64,000 bases of DNA from Sphyrna mokarran (Eukaryota), in contig JAGIQG010000014.1 of the NCBI GenBank assembly GCA_024679065.1, positions 65,658,001 through 65,722,000 on the forward strand, written 5' to 3'. Below, in pieces: positions 1-11,902 of this stretch (the stretch's first letter is position 1; every line of letters starts with the position of its first letter). The translations under genes were made by a program, and so were the position numbers. The notes beneath the pieces were generated by a model. That model made no database searches, was not told where the DNA came from, and saw nothing but the letters and a program-made list of their open reading frames with translations.

Positions 1-445
1 CCTAAAAACTTGAAGATCTCAACACTTCCCACTTTGTCCCCATTGATGTGGACAGAGAAATGTTCTCCTCCATGCTTCCTGAAGTCAATGGCAATCTTCT
101 TCATTTTGTTGATATTGAGGGAAAAATTATTGTCACCACACCATTGCATGAGATCCGATTCACTACAGTCATTGGCAAACTTGAAAATTGAGTTGGAGGG
201 GAATTTGGCCACGCAGTCAAATATGTATAAGGATTGGAGCAGGGAGCTGAGAACACAGCCTTGTTGGGCATCAGTGTTAAGGATGATTGTAGAGGAGGTG
301 TTATTGCCTATCCTTACTAATTGTTGTCTGTAGTTAGGGAATTCAGGATCTGGTTTCAGAGTGAGGAGCCAAGGCCCAGGCCACAGAGTTTGAAGATGAG
401 TTTCATCAGAATAATGGTGTTGAAGGCTGAGTTGTAGTCAATATG
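1..445 (-). mobile_element. Rex1/Babar LINE reverse transcriptase fragment
   Basis: Minus translation IDYNSAFNTIILMKLIFKLCGLGLGSSL resembles the Rex1 RT motif FIDYSSAFNTIIP..KL..LGL; continues with frameshifts toward the window start. Confidence 0.8.
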
Positions 446-1267
446 TAGGGCAATTGGGAATGGGCAACAAATGCTGGCCAGACAGCTACACCCACGTCCC
501 ACAAATGAATCAAAAAAATAAGGGCAAGATTCTTTCCAAACCATTAATTTAACAATTTAGGTAAAACGCAAGTTTTTAATCCTGCAGAGAGTGAGCTGAA
601 TCAGCAGAGGATTCGAACTATTCCCACAGGAGCTGGATCATTAACTGAGTTACACACATCAAACATGCACTCATGCCAGCAAACAAAACCGATTATGGTT
701 GTTGTTTAAAGATGCATGAACATCTGCTGCTGAATCTGAATGGAAATGACAGGCAAACAGGTACTTGTGGTCGATTGAAAATTCTGAGCCAGATCTACGA
801 ATGGTATAGTATTTCCCTTCACTAAATGCTATTCATTCATGTGGACAAAGAACAAACCCATTACTACAGCTCGGGTGTCTGAGCTGATCTCAGACATAAG
901 TGCATTAAAAATAATCCTCATTGTTACAAACCTAAGGTGAGTACAAAAATAACTTATCTGGAATCCTTGTTAATGTGAGAGTAAGTATCTGTCAGAAACA
1001 AAGATAAAGCTTCTTTATCGTTAAAGGTTAGTAGCAGAGATTGCATATGCAACAGGACTGTCCTAATGGGCTTATAATAGCAGGCTTACAATTAAATAAA
1101 ATTTGTAGAGATGGGGGGAATTTTAATTCCGAGGCCAGTACAGATGGGGAGGCAAACAAGTCATCTAAATACCCAAACGATAAAACTCCACTGATCACAC
1201 AATGCATTTTGATAATAATCTGGATTTCTTGGCAAGTAAAATAAGGGGATATCCATCTAAATGCAGA

Positions 1268-1552
1268 GGCTGGCGCAGTGGGTAGCACTGCTGCCTCACA
1301 ATGCCGAGGATCTGAGTTCCATTCCGGCCTTGGGTGACTGTGTGGAGTTTACACGTTCTCCTCTTGTCTGCATGTGTTTCATCCAGGTACTCCGGTTTTC
1401 TCCACAGTCCAAAGATGAGCAGGTTAGGTGAATTAGCCATGGTAAATGTACAGGGTTACAGGGATGGGAGGGCCTTGGTGGGATGGTTTTTCAGAGAGTC
1501 AGTGCAGACTTGTTGCAACGAATTGCCTTTTCTGCACTGTAGGGACTCTATG
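1268..1552 (+). mobile_element. HE1/V-type tRNA-derived SINE, CR1(HER1)-type tail
   Basis: tRNA-like head tggcgcagtgggtagcactgctgcctcac, V-domain gtgtggagtttacacgttctcc...tccggttttctccacagtccaaagatg, tail ttctgcactgtagggactctatg. Confidence 0.85.
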
Positions 1553-1660
1553 GATGCTGCTTTAAGCATTCAGATTTGACCCAATAGTGGTATTAACACC
1601 AACGTTAAGCCCTTGTAGCTTTTCTGCCAGGCTATAACTGTCATGAGAAAGAGTCAGGAT

Positions 1661-1961
1661 CAGTGGCACAGTGGTCATCGTTGTTACCTCACAATGCCAG
1701 GGAGCCAGGTTCGAATCCTGGCTTGGGTCACTCTGTTGCGAGCCCATGCACGTTCTTCTCTTGTCTGCGTGAGCTTCCTACAAGTTTGCGTGAGTTTCCT
1801 CCCATAGTCCGAAAGGTGTGCTGGTTTGGTGCATTGGCCATGCTAAATTCCCCCTCAGTATACCTGAACAGGTGCCAGAGTGTGACACCTAGGGGATTTT
1901 CACAGTAAGTTTATTGCAATGTTAATGTAACCCTACTTGTGACACTAATAAATAAACTTTA
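1661..1961 (+). mobile_element. V-type tRNA SINE, 'taataaataaacttt' tail subtype
   Basis: A/B-box head (gtggcacagtgg...ggttcgaatcc), V-domain, tail ttttcacagtaag...cttgtgacactaataaataaacttta. Confidence 0.85.
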
Positions 1962-2674
1962 AGAAGAGTTACTCTTAACCTGCTTTTGGTTACTTTTGGG
2001 TCAGAAGGATCAGGAGCAACATAACAGTCTGCATTTAGGTATTTTGTTCTCAAAGTCTACTCTCTGGCTCCTCATCATCTTCTTGGATTGAGTGACTGAA
2101 TTAAAGAACATCACACAAGTAAACAGAATGCATAACAACGCAATTCTGTCATACAGTGTACACTGTCACATAATCTATATGATTTTGCAAAAATTTGTAA
2201 TTTTTAATTAATTCCGCTGTGAATATAGAACCCTAGCCCAAGAAGCAATTGCATATTTTCCCTCCTTTTTACTACCTATGCTGTATTATTTAATATCCAT
2301 GCTGATTGAAAATTTTTATTTTTTTTATCTAAGTATTTACTACTATTGTGAGATACTTTCCCTTCTTCCATGTATGAACAAATTACACCAAATATATTAC
2401 TCTGACAATTCTCCAATACGTTTTTGTTCTAATTACCCTTCTACTTGGCCTTCCTGATAACCTATCCATAAACTGTATCCTAATAAATCAGCCTCTCACT
2501 TCAGCTCTTATTAGCCTTCCATTACTTTCTGTCTCAGTTACCCTTCTGTCATTCCGTACTCTGCTTGGCTGTGAGGAGAATGATAATGCACAAGAAGGCT
2601 GGTTAAAATTGCAAAAGGATTTGATGTCCATTTCTATAGTGTTTTCCGCTTTGGCAGCCCTGTACATATCACTA

Positions 2675-2696
2675 ACACACACACACACACACACAC
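2675..2696. repeat. (CA)n microsatellite
   Basis: Direct CA run. Confidence 0.9.
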
Positions 2697-2952
2697 TCAT
2701 TAAAGGCACAACTTTAGCTTGTTGCCTTGCTTGTTGAAATATTTTACATCCATGTCGGTGCTGCTGTCGCTAGCAAATGGAAGATGGCCCCACATTGACC
2801 CACTCCCTTTCTTTTCTTCCTACCCTCTGGTGGGAAAAGCTTGGCTATCACCTTGTTACTATCGCAAGTGAGTTTGGTATTCACTGTATGTGAATTAGTA
2901 AGCACAAACACATGCACAATCACTCTACAGAACTGAGCTCTGGCACAACAAT

Positions 2953-4414
2953 GGGCAGAATTCACCCAGCCCACCTACGGCAGTTATGGCGGCAGGTAGG
3001 TGCAGAGAATTAAACAGGAGCCAAAAAGTCAGAATCCCGCCAGTAAAATTACATTGCAATTCTCCCAATGGCAGGTTAATGATGGATTGGCAAGTGGTGT
3101 GAAAGCCATTTGCATCTAATGAATAATTATTAAAATGGTTGCTTGCCAATGATCTATGGGTGGCACAATGGCACAGTAGTTTGCACTGGGTTGGATTCCT
3201 GGCTTGGGTCACTATCTGTGTGGAGTTTGCACATTCTACCTGTGCCTGTATGGGTTTTCTCTGGGTGCTCCGATTTCCTCCCACAGTCCAATGATATGTG
3301 GGTTAGGTGCATTGGCCATGCTCTCAGTGCATCTAAACAGAAGTGTGGTGACTAGAGGATTTTTACAGTACTTCATTACAGTGTAAATGTAACCCCACTT
3401 GTGACTAATAAATAAACTTTACTTATCAAACCATCTAATTTTGCATCGTACCAGTGGGAAATCACCAATTTGCCAAAGCTTGGCATGTGCAAGACATTTG
3501 ACATGCTTCTATGAGGTGAGTACTACAAAGCCTACCGATCATAGCGCTGCAATGCTCTTGATGTGCTGTTTACTATACTGTATGGGCAGACTGATTCCTG
3601 CCCTCCATGTCCATGCAAAGCAGATGTCATTAACAGCTCTTTGCTCTGGAACCATGGATTATTTTATCTCACCATCATCATCATTCCAACACTGTACTGC
3701 AGGATTCATAAGGCCACTACAACAAAGGTCCATCAGGGGTGGATGTTATTGCCAATCTTGTTGAAGATAAGCAGACAACTTGGAATGAAGGCTGTGCAAG
3801 GCAGGTGGGGGAAATGGGTGGAAAGGACAAGGGCTCATGATGGTAGGAATAGGGGTAAGGAGGTGGATGAAGAAGACAAACAATGGAAGGTGGAAGGAAG
3901 ACAAAGGAGAAGAAAGATGGGCCCGAATACATCTGCATGAACAGCACACAAGCTGGGTGTTCGAAGGAATATCACATTGTTGACTGAAAGGGGGTGGATG
4001 AAGACTCCAGAGGCAGTGGATTGAGATCCAAATGGGGCATGGGCACCTCACAAGTGATGGGCTCAGGGGGAAGGTGGTTGAATGGAGGAACAGGCTTCTT
4101 CTTGAGGCTGCTAAAATTATACCTGTAGGTTGCTGACATCCTGTATGGTCTGGTGAAGATGAATGGGCTAAAGAGAGTGATATGATCCTGGTGGATTGGT
4201 GTTTGAACATGGCACTGGGAGCTTTGAACTCATCAGCTGAGGGCGATTGAATGTATCATCTGCTGGCTCACTAGGAGACTTGGAGAGAAGTGTGGTTCTT
4301 TTTGCATTAATTAATGAAATTGCAAGCACAGAAACTAACACAGGATTGGGATTCTGGTTGGTAGCACTCAGAGTCACCCAATACAATGAGTTCCACAATG
4401 GAAAAATCTCATCC
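2953..4414. mobile_element. Putative non-autonomous PIF/Harbinger-like element with nested SINE
   Basis: Begins gggcagaatt and ends ggaaaaatctcatcc (degenerate inverted termini like other GGGCRGRATTTT elements here); purine-rich interior. Confidence 0.4.
3158..3424 (+). mobile_element. V-type tRNA SINE
   Basis: Same head, V-domain and tail as 1661-1961. Confidence 0.85.
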
Positions 4415-4628
4415 AATACGTAACTAAATTGTCCTAGAGGAGAAAAATATTCTTATTCAGTGAAATGTTGCCCTTTCCATAGACTAAAATAACTCAAAAT
4501 CCATTCACACTCTATCTGGAAAGGTTCCATATTTTGCATCATTTTGCTTTTACATTTACATTGTATGAACTGACAGGAGTTAATTAGCACGTTGTCCCAA
4601 TTATCAGAATATTTGCATTCCAAAGTAT

Positions 4629-4749
4629 GGGTAGCACGATGGCACAGTGGTTAACACTACTGCCTCACAGCGCTAAAGACCTAGGAATTTTCACAGTTAC
4701 TTCATTGAAGTGTTAATGTGAGCCTAATTCTGACTAATTAATAAACTTT
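4629..4749 (+). mobile_element. Internally deleted V-type SINE (head fused to tail)
   Basis: ggcacagtggttaacactactgcctcacagcgc joined through ctagg to ttttcacagttacttcatt...aataaacttt. Confidence 0.8.
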
Positions 4750-5235
4750 CTATGTTTATTGCTGATGTTAAAGCTGATGTTAAAGCATCAGCAATACTTT
4801 TGATTCTGCTTCCAACAATCTGTTTAGAACTGCAACAATTTCAGTAATGACAGTGAGAGGTAAGTAACCCAAAAAGCAACACACCTACTTTAGAGAGGTC
4901 CACACACAAAATGTCTCCATTTCATCTGGGAAAGAACTCATTGAAGAGAAGGGGCCAGAAATAAGGAATTAAATAAACAGAGTGTAGAAAAATGGCACAG
5001 AACTGGTGGCAGAAATTTATATGCTCCTCCATCTAGGTTGTCTCTTTTAATATCAGATGCACTGATAACTAAAACAGACTTGGATGTTTTAAATCATCTT
5101 ACTGTGTCGATTGTATATAAACCCAGAGTTTTATAGCATACTTGATGAACAAGGGCAGAAATCCATAAACCTGATATGAATCTTCTGCAGTTCCAACTTT
5201 TGACAGTATCAGTGGCACTTCTGAAAAAAATGCCA

Positions 5236-5591
5236 AAATGACTCCAGAGCGAGAGGACTTCATGCAAACTGCCCAGCATACCCTTGAATTTTACTCTCAT
5301 TATACGCTTCTAAAGCTGTATTTTAACTATTTCAAACTCTCCAATTAAAACTAATTCCCTAATTAAAATCGAATTTAAACAATTTTCTAATTCAATCTCT
5401 TACAGACTTTTGAATGAACGTATCTCATATTAAATTGATCTTTCTCTGCACCTTATCTATGTTTGTAACACTACATTCTGCACCCTCTCCTTTCCTTCTC
5501 TACGTATGGTATGCTTTGTCTGCACTGTGTGCAAGAAAATAACCGTTTTCCCCTAATACTAATACATGTGACAATAATAAATCAAATCAAA
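5236..5591 (+). mobile_element. Non-autonomous short element with Rex1-type 3' tail
   Basis: Head aaatgactccagagcgagaggacttc is shared with 53368; 3' part cagacttttgaatg...acaataataaatcaaatcaaa matches the Rex1 ends at 11570-11902 and 47395-48322. Confidence 0.7.
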
Positions 5592-6187
5592 CTTCTGCAG
5601 CACGACTAAAGCCACTGGATTTATTTGGAGAGTTTCGCTTCATGCAGAATTTGAAGAGAAACTGGTAAAGGTTATTCTCTGCCTTGAGCATTCTTTAGTT
5701 GGTCTTTCATCGCCCTTTCCACATAGACTAACTGCTTCAGTGACTGTGCAATTGCAGATCCTGATGTCGGCATCAGCATTGAAATGACAACTTGCACGGT
5801 GCCTAAAGTTCCAATTCCTGTGCTTCAGGGAGGAATACAATGTTCTTAAGTGGTGTTTCACATTTTATTTTACAACTCTATTTTTCTTTATGTCTGTTAT
5901 GGTGAGGAGTGTCTGCAGTTTTTCCATCTAGAAAGTACATTTTGGGTCAGGAAGAGCACAGGTAAACATGACACTGTTTTGCCCTGCAATAGTGACTTCA
6001 CCAATTCACAAAGGGTGCCGTGGTTGTGTCAATTACTGATCCCAATACCAATATCATGTCACTGGAGTTCTGCGACGTTCTGCTACTTACTCCAATAGGC
6101 CTCCTATTGACTTCCTTGAGTGAGACCAACAATTTTGGAGTGTGCAATGCCCAGTTAAGGGTAGTTTGTGCTTTAAATTGCATACCA

Positions 6188-6890
6188 GCTATAGCACACT
6201 TGCCTATCAGAAGTGAGTTGAAGCCCTACTCTAGGGAACTAAGCACCACAATCTAGGTTGACTGTCCAGTGCAGTGTTGAGTGAGTGCTGGACTGTAAGA
6301 ATTCCTATCTTTCAGATGAGATGTTAAAGCCCCTTCTCTGGTGAACCTGAAATTTTCCTTGGCACTATTTCAAAGATAAGAAGGGGAGTTTTCCCTAGCA
6401 TCCTGACAATATTCATTCCTCGATCAGCAAAGATAAAATCAGATTACCTCATCATAATCTTATTATTGTTTGTGGGAGCTTTCTGTGCACAAATTGGTTG
6501 CCTGGTTTCCACTGACTATATTTATAAAGTTTAAAGTTTATTTATTTGCGTCACATGTGGGTTCACATTCACACTGCAAAGAAGTTACTGTGAAAATCCC
6601 TAGTCGTCATACTCCATCACCTGTTTGGGTACGCTGAGGGAGAATTTAGCATGATCAGTGCATCTAACCAGCATGTCCTTGGACTGTTGGAGGAAGCCGG
6701 AGCACCCAGAGGAAACCCATACAGACATGGGGAGAACATGCCATTTCAGGATCGACACTGACCCAAACTGGGAATCAAAACCGGGCATTGTGAGGCAGCA
6801 GTGCAAATCACAGTGCCAATATGCCGCCTATTAAGTACCATAATGAGGGACATTCTAGGTTTGTGAAAGGCACCAGATAAATTCAAGACT
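6188..6890 (+). mobile_element. SacSINE1-like Deu-domain SINE interrupted by a V-SINE
   Basis: Deu-like ggcactatttcaaagataagaaggggagtt...gtttgtgggagctttctgtgcacaaattggttgcc; tail gtgaaaggcacca...caag resumes after 6828. Confidence 0.75.
6525..6828 (-). mobile_element. V-type tRNA SINE (nested)
   Basis: Reverse complement of a full V-SINE; flanked by tataaagt / tattaagt (possible TSD). Confidence 0.85.
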
Positions 6891-7008
6891 TACATTAAAC
6901 TCGTGTACAGCTTTGGGCTCAGTCTGTGCCCATGGCCAATTCTCTCAGGATCTGTATAATCATCAGACAGGTGCCACTTCCATCATGACAATTTAGTTTC
7001 AGACTCTT

Positions 7009-7351
7009 AGGCAAGGGTTTTCTAGCCATTCGTACCAACGGGATCTTCCAATTCTGCTGAAGCCAAACCACCTCGCTGCAGGCAACTAATAGGAAAGCCC
7101 CCTTGACAGTGGCAGGAATTGAAGATCTCACTGCTAGTCAATGTTGGAATGGTTCCACCACCACAGGACATAGATGGTTATGTGGGTATATTGGGTATAA
7201 AGGGATATAGGCCAAATGCAGGCAATTCAGATTAGTTTAGGAGTTTTTAAAAAAGACAACATGGACAAGTTTGATTGAAGGGCCTGTTTTTCATGCTGTA
7301 AACCTCTAAGACACACCATGGGGTGGGGAGGGGGTGCAAAAAACCTTGCCT
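7009..7351. mobile_element. PIF/Harbinger-like MITE with nested CR1 3' tail (about 7160-7310)
   Basis: Inverted termini aggcaagggtttt ... aaaaccttgcct; interior tail gaagggcctgtttttcatgctgtaaacctcta. Confidence 0.6.
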
Positions 7352-7741
7352 GTAGAATAGAAAATGTTATATAAAATTAAGTGAGAAATTAGTATAAAGT
7401 CTCAATAAAACTTCGATCAAAATTCAATGTTCAATATTGTGCTTCACACAATAGGAAGCATGTTGATGCCTCAGGGAGAATATAACATAAATGTGTTAGG
7501 ACATTGTCTGGTATGAAAAAATATAGATCCAAGAAGTTTTGGGCCTTCATTTGTGGAGACCCACAGATTAGATGGCAACGTGATTAAAGTGGTTGCAATT
7601 ACAGATGAGACAATTTCAGTCATTATGAGGTCAAGAATTAGAGGCTAAAAAAATTTGGGAAAGAGGAGAAGAGCAGTTCCTTAATAGAGAGACTTAAATT
7701 ACAATGGAATTAACTTCCAGGTTAGTCTTGCTAAAAAAGAG

Positions 7742-8045
7742 ACATTTTGTCAAAGCTTTTTATCTTGCACTCATCAGGACTGATATGAGAAGGCCAAACT
7801 TCAAAGGGAACAATAATGTATGCTGCATGAGAAAAAGGTGTTGACAAGTTGGCAAGCGGACTCCAATTGAAATTGATTGAAATATTGGCATGGAGAATGC
7901 ATTAGGGAACAATTATCTCCCACACTTTTGTTTAATTCAACGAAGATGTATTGTCTGGACATGTTCCTTTTGTTTGCAGTGGTCAGATCTCTGTGAATGA
8001 ATATATGTAACTTCTAGTAAGCGTGAGTCAAAATACAAGCTCAGG
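7742..8045 (-). mobile_element. Penelope-like element 3' fragment
   Basis: aaagctttttatcttgcactcatcaggac reads CTGATGA...(G>A)AAAGCTT on the minus strand, the typical PLE terminal motif. Confidence 0.55.
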
Positions 8046-9019
8046 TTAGTCTTAGCTGCAGCAATATTGCATATTAAGATAATCACAAGGTGAAGATGAA
8101 GGGGATAAAGTAATATGGTAACAAGGTAATTACATCTGTTTGCTCACATGGAGGTGAAACATCAAATAACCACTTTGCCAACTGCTGTGGATTTGTTTCT
8201 GCATGGATAAACTTTTTCTGTGAGATACGCATTAACATTCTGGTTTTGAGAGAGGGACTTCAGAAAGTATACACTCTTGTTAAATCAAAACCAAAGGAAT
8301 TCTGCTCAGGTCACAGCATTGCGCTGACACATCTAATGGACTTAAAATGACACTCAAAAGGTAAGCTACTGTAGAGTCAAATATTGTTTGGGAATTAAAA
8401 GAACACAATTAATTTATTCCACCCCAAATATCCTTGTTCAAATATCCTTGCAGTGATGTTTAAAGAGAAGCTGCGAATAAATTTAGTCACTGAAAATTGG
8501 TAGAAGTGTCTCAAAACCTTTCAAAGTGACTTATTGCAGATCCATTAAGTGTGACTGGATTTAGTCCAATTGTATCTTTGTGAACTAGCCCGCCTCCAGC
8601 AGAGAGATAAATGTCTATGCGTACTTTCAGAAGCTGTGCCTCTCTGTAGCATATCGTGAAATGTCTTCTCATTAGTGCCAGGACAGGCTGTACCATCCTA
8701 CATGATGACAGGATAATAAATGTTGGAATGGCAGCATGGTAGTTGTGGAAAACACTCTACTTAAGTCTTCTAAACCTTTGTCGACTGCAACTAATAGGTA
8801 AAATTTATAAATCATAAAGCTCTCTCCATATTGTCAGTGTGTCACTAGCAGTGTTCTATATAGAGAGGAAATCAGCAAAAAAGAAAAAAATGTGTGTGTT
8901 TAACATTAATGAATTTGAAGACCTGTTTCTATCAGAGATTTTCATTTGGGCAGCATTTGTTTTTAGTTCTATTTCTCACCACAAGCCATAATATGTAAGT
9001 GATAACATTTTGACTTTGG

Positions 9020-10183
9020 GCAAGATGCAGCATAAAATAAGCAATATCCATTAGGCAAATCGTTATCCAATATTTACATGAGGCAAAGTCAACAAGAATT
9101 TTTTTTAAAAAAGTTATGCATCACAAATCGACTGGCATTTTTTTGAGGACATAATGAGCAGAACAGATAAGGGTGAACCAGAGATGTGATCTGTTTAAAT
9201 TTTTAGAAAACTTTTGATAAAATAAAACAGAGTGCAGTAATGCAGCCAAACACATGTTCCCATCACCAAAACCCTTTATTGTGCATCAAAGGAAAGGGCT
9301 GTGCCTGCAGATAACAGTCAGGTAGTTTTTACGTCAGAACCTATGACTCCAGATCAGGTAGAGTAACAGGTTTAAAAACTCCAACCGAGTGTTTCTAATT
9401 GGGCAAGTCTCCTCTTACTCAATAAGGCAGCTTGATGAAGCCCCTAGGGAAATCTATCAAGTTCTATTAGCCATCGTAACATCCCTCCCTCCTCAGGGTC
9501 CCCATCTCTCTCAACATCCCCACTGCAAAGGTATGTCAGATCACTTGTCACAATAAAAGTCAAGGCCTTATATACTGTTAACAATATCACTTTTTGTTTT
9601 TCATTTCCTTCAATGTTGTTAGCACAAAAAATGTAACGCATACACTCAATGTATTAGGCCCAGTCTTCCCCACTGGTATACACTAGTCACTGAAAGCAAG
9701 CATGCAGATATAGCAGCAATTAAGAAGACAAATGCTGGCCCTCACTGCAAGAGGATTTGAGTACGCAATGGTGTTTTACTGCATAGAGCCTTGGTGAGCC
9801 CAATATGGATGGAATATTGTCTGTTATTTTGGATTGCTTATCTAAGAAGCTATATATTTGCAATAGAGAGAGTGCAATCAGGGTTAACCACACTGATTGA
9901 TGTATGAGGAGAAATTTGATCAACTAGATCTGTATTCACTGGTGTTTAAAAGAATAAGAGTATATCTCATTAAAATGTATAAAACGTTGACAGAATTGGA
10001 CAGACTGGACACAGGGATGTTGTTTCCTCTAGCTGGGAGAGTCTAGAACAAGGGGTCATAGTCTCAGGTTACAAGCTAGGCCATTCAGAACTGAGAGAAT
10101 GGTGAATCTGTGAGGTTCCCTTCTCCACAAGGTTGAGGAGTCCAGGTTGGTGAATATATTTAAGAAGAAATAGAGAGATTTCT
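9020..10183 (+). mobile_element. Decayed CR1/HER1 LINE RT and 3' region, interrupted by an LTR-element fragment
   Basis: CR1-like segments (gatgtgatctgtttaaatttttagaaaacttttgataa; tctagaacaaggggtcatagtctcagg; atggtgaatctgtg). Confidence 0.7.
9233..9685 (-). mobile_element. Gypsy-like LTR retrotransposon 3' end (PPT plus LTR)
   Basis: Minus strand: polypurine tract gaggagggaggga (9494-9482) directly followed by TGTTACG at 9481, AATAAA near 9275, CA end near 9233; upstream PVGKTGPNT resembles an integrase C-terminal motif. Confidence 0.55.
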
Positions 10184-10302
10184 AGGAAGGAATTTTCCCA
10201 TCCCGGGGATTATAGCAGAGAGGAGGCAGGATATGCGAAAAGTCCATTATCTCAGGTGGGATTTTCTGGTTTTGGGCTGAGTGTGTTCAGAAAATCCTGC
10301 CC
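10184..10302. mobile_element. Short PIF/Harbinger-like MITE
   Basis: aggaaggaatttt ... aaaatcctgccc followed by TTA; related to 26332-26455, 52917-53052 and 53700-53820. Confidence 0.6.
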
Positions 10303-11569
10303 TTACACTTGAAAAACATCAAAGAGAATGGGGAGAACACAGTAATATAGCATCCAATCCTCATTATGAAGGTCATCAATGGTCTCCATCAACAAGGACC
10401 TGTCATAATGACCCTGCCAGTCAAACCACAGGCCATTAAGGCTCCCTGGGAGGTTAAATGCAGGGAGAAAGTGCCCCTTGGGCAGTGCAGTTTGGCACCC
10501 TGGCACTGCCCACCAGTCAACCTGTTCTGTGAGTGTAAGAAATGTTCTATTTACAAATAGGCAATTGTTATTTTTGATTGGTGCAGACCTATTTTTACCA
10601 TTCCATGTGCACCGGGGGGTGAATAGTCATTATCTAAAAGCTAGCCAAAAACTCATAAATTGCTCAAATTTTTCAGGATTGGTTCATGTTGTTAAGAGCA
10701 CAGCTGATGTTAAACACTACCATGTTCCAAATCCCAGAAGGGAAATTTGGAATGCCAGCTCTCGACTGTATTTTGCAATCTGGTATAATGTGAGGAAAGA
10801 TATGAATGCCAGTGAAAGATGTCCAAGCATTTCTCTAGAGAGAGAGAGAGTGAGTAAGCGTCTAATACATGACTGACTGATATTATTGGCACATCATAAC
10901 ATATCCCATCTGATAACCCTTCACATTACAGTAGTAACTTGGGAAGTTATAGAGGCGCAAGTTGGGTCTAATACAGGGCCATGAAAATTAGACATTATTC
11001 CATGGTGTTCCTTAATCACACCAAAAGCCACCGGGACATTGCTTCAGCTTAAGCCTCTTGAGTAACCATTCAGTTAGTGTACACAGTACAAGCTTAAGTC
11101 CTGCATTTTATTAGCTGAGAAACATTCACATGGTCAAGATCATTGTCATTAGCACTTGCAATCAACCGGACCGTAGCCTGCACTGTTACCAAGCAACAGA
11201 ACAAACACTATCACTCATCATTACTACAATTCAAAGATTTTTGTAGGTTTGATTGATATCCAAAATAGCAAAGATAATTTCTTAGGCTGCATTATCATAA
11301 TGCTGTGATTTACTACAACAAATTAATGATGACTGATACTAGTTTTATTATATAAATTATATTCAAATACCATTACTTCTTAGACTAAAACTTTCTTTGC
11401 TATTTTAAATTGCAAAGAGGGTGTTCAATAGTTATTTTGAATCCTGCTCCATTGCCGGATGGAACTAATGCTTGATTGAAATCTGTTACTTGACAATTAG
11501 CACTGACGCTTAGTGCTTGTTGATTGAATTAATCAGCAATAGTAGCTGGAAAGTCAACCTTATGCACCC

Positions 11570-11902
11570 AGCAACCAGCATTATCAAGGACTTCACTCAC
11601 CCCCGACATTCTCTCTTCCACTTCCTTCCACCAGGAAAAGATACAAAAGTCTGAGATTATATACCAACTGACTCAAGAAGAGCTTCTTCCCTGCTGCCAT
11701 CAGACTTTTGAATGGATCTATCTTATAATAAATTGATCTTTCTCCACAGTTTAGCTATGACTGTAACACTAAATTCTGTATCCTCTCCTTTCCTTCTCCC
11801 CTATGTATTCTGTCCATGTTATGCTTTGACTGTATAGCATGCAAGAAACAATATTTTTTACTATATTCAACGCGTGACAATAATAAATCAAATCAAATCA
11901 AA
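11570..11902 (+). mobile_element. Rex1/Babar LINE 3' end
   Basis: Colinear with 47790-48322; ends (aaatc)n. Confidence 0.8.

Noticed and set aside
1661-1730. tRNA genes
   Set aside because: A/B boxes belong to SINE heads that run into SINE bodies; I see no complete cloverleaf.
3563-4210. Overlapping 125-154 aa ORFs
   Set aside because: Low-complexity purine/pyrimidine-biased interior of a probable TIR element; no domain signature.
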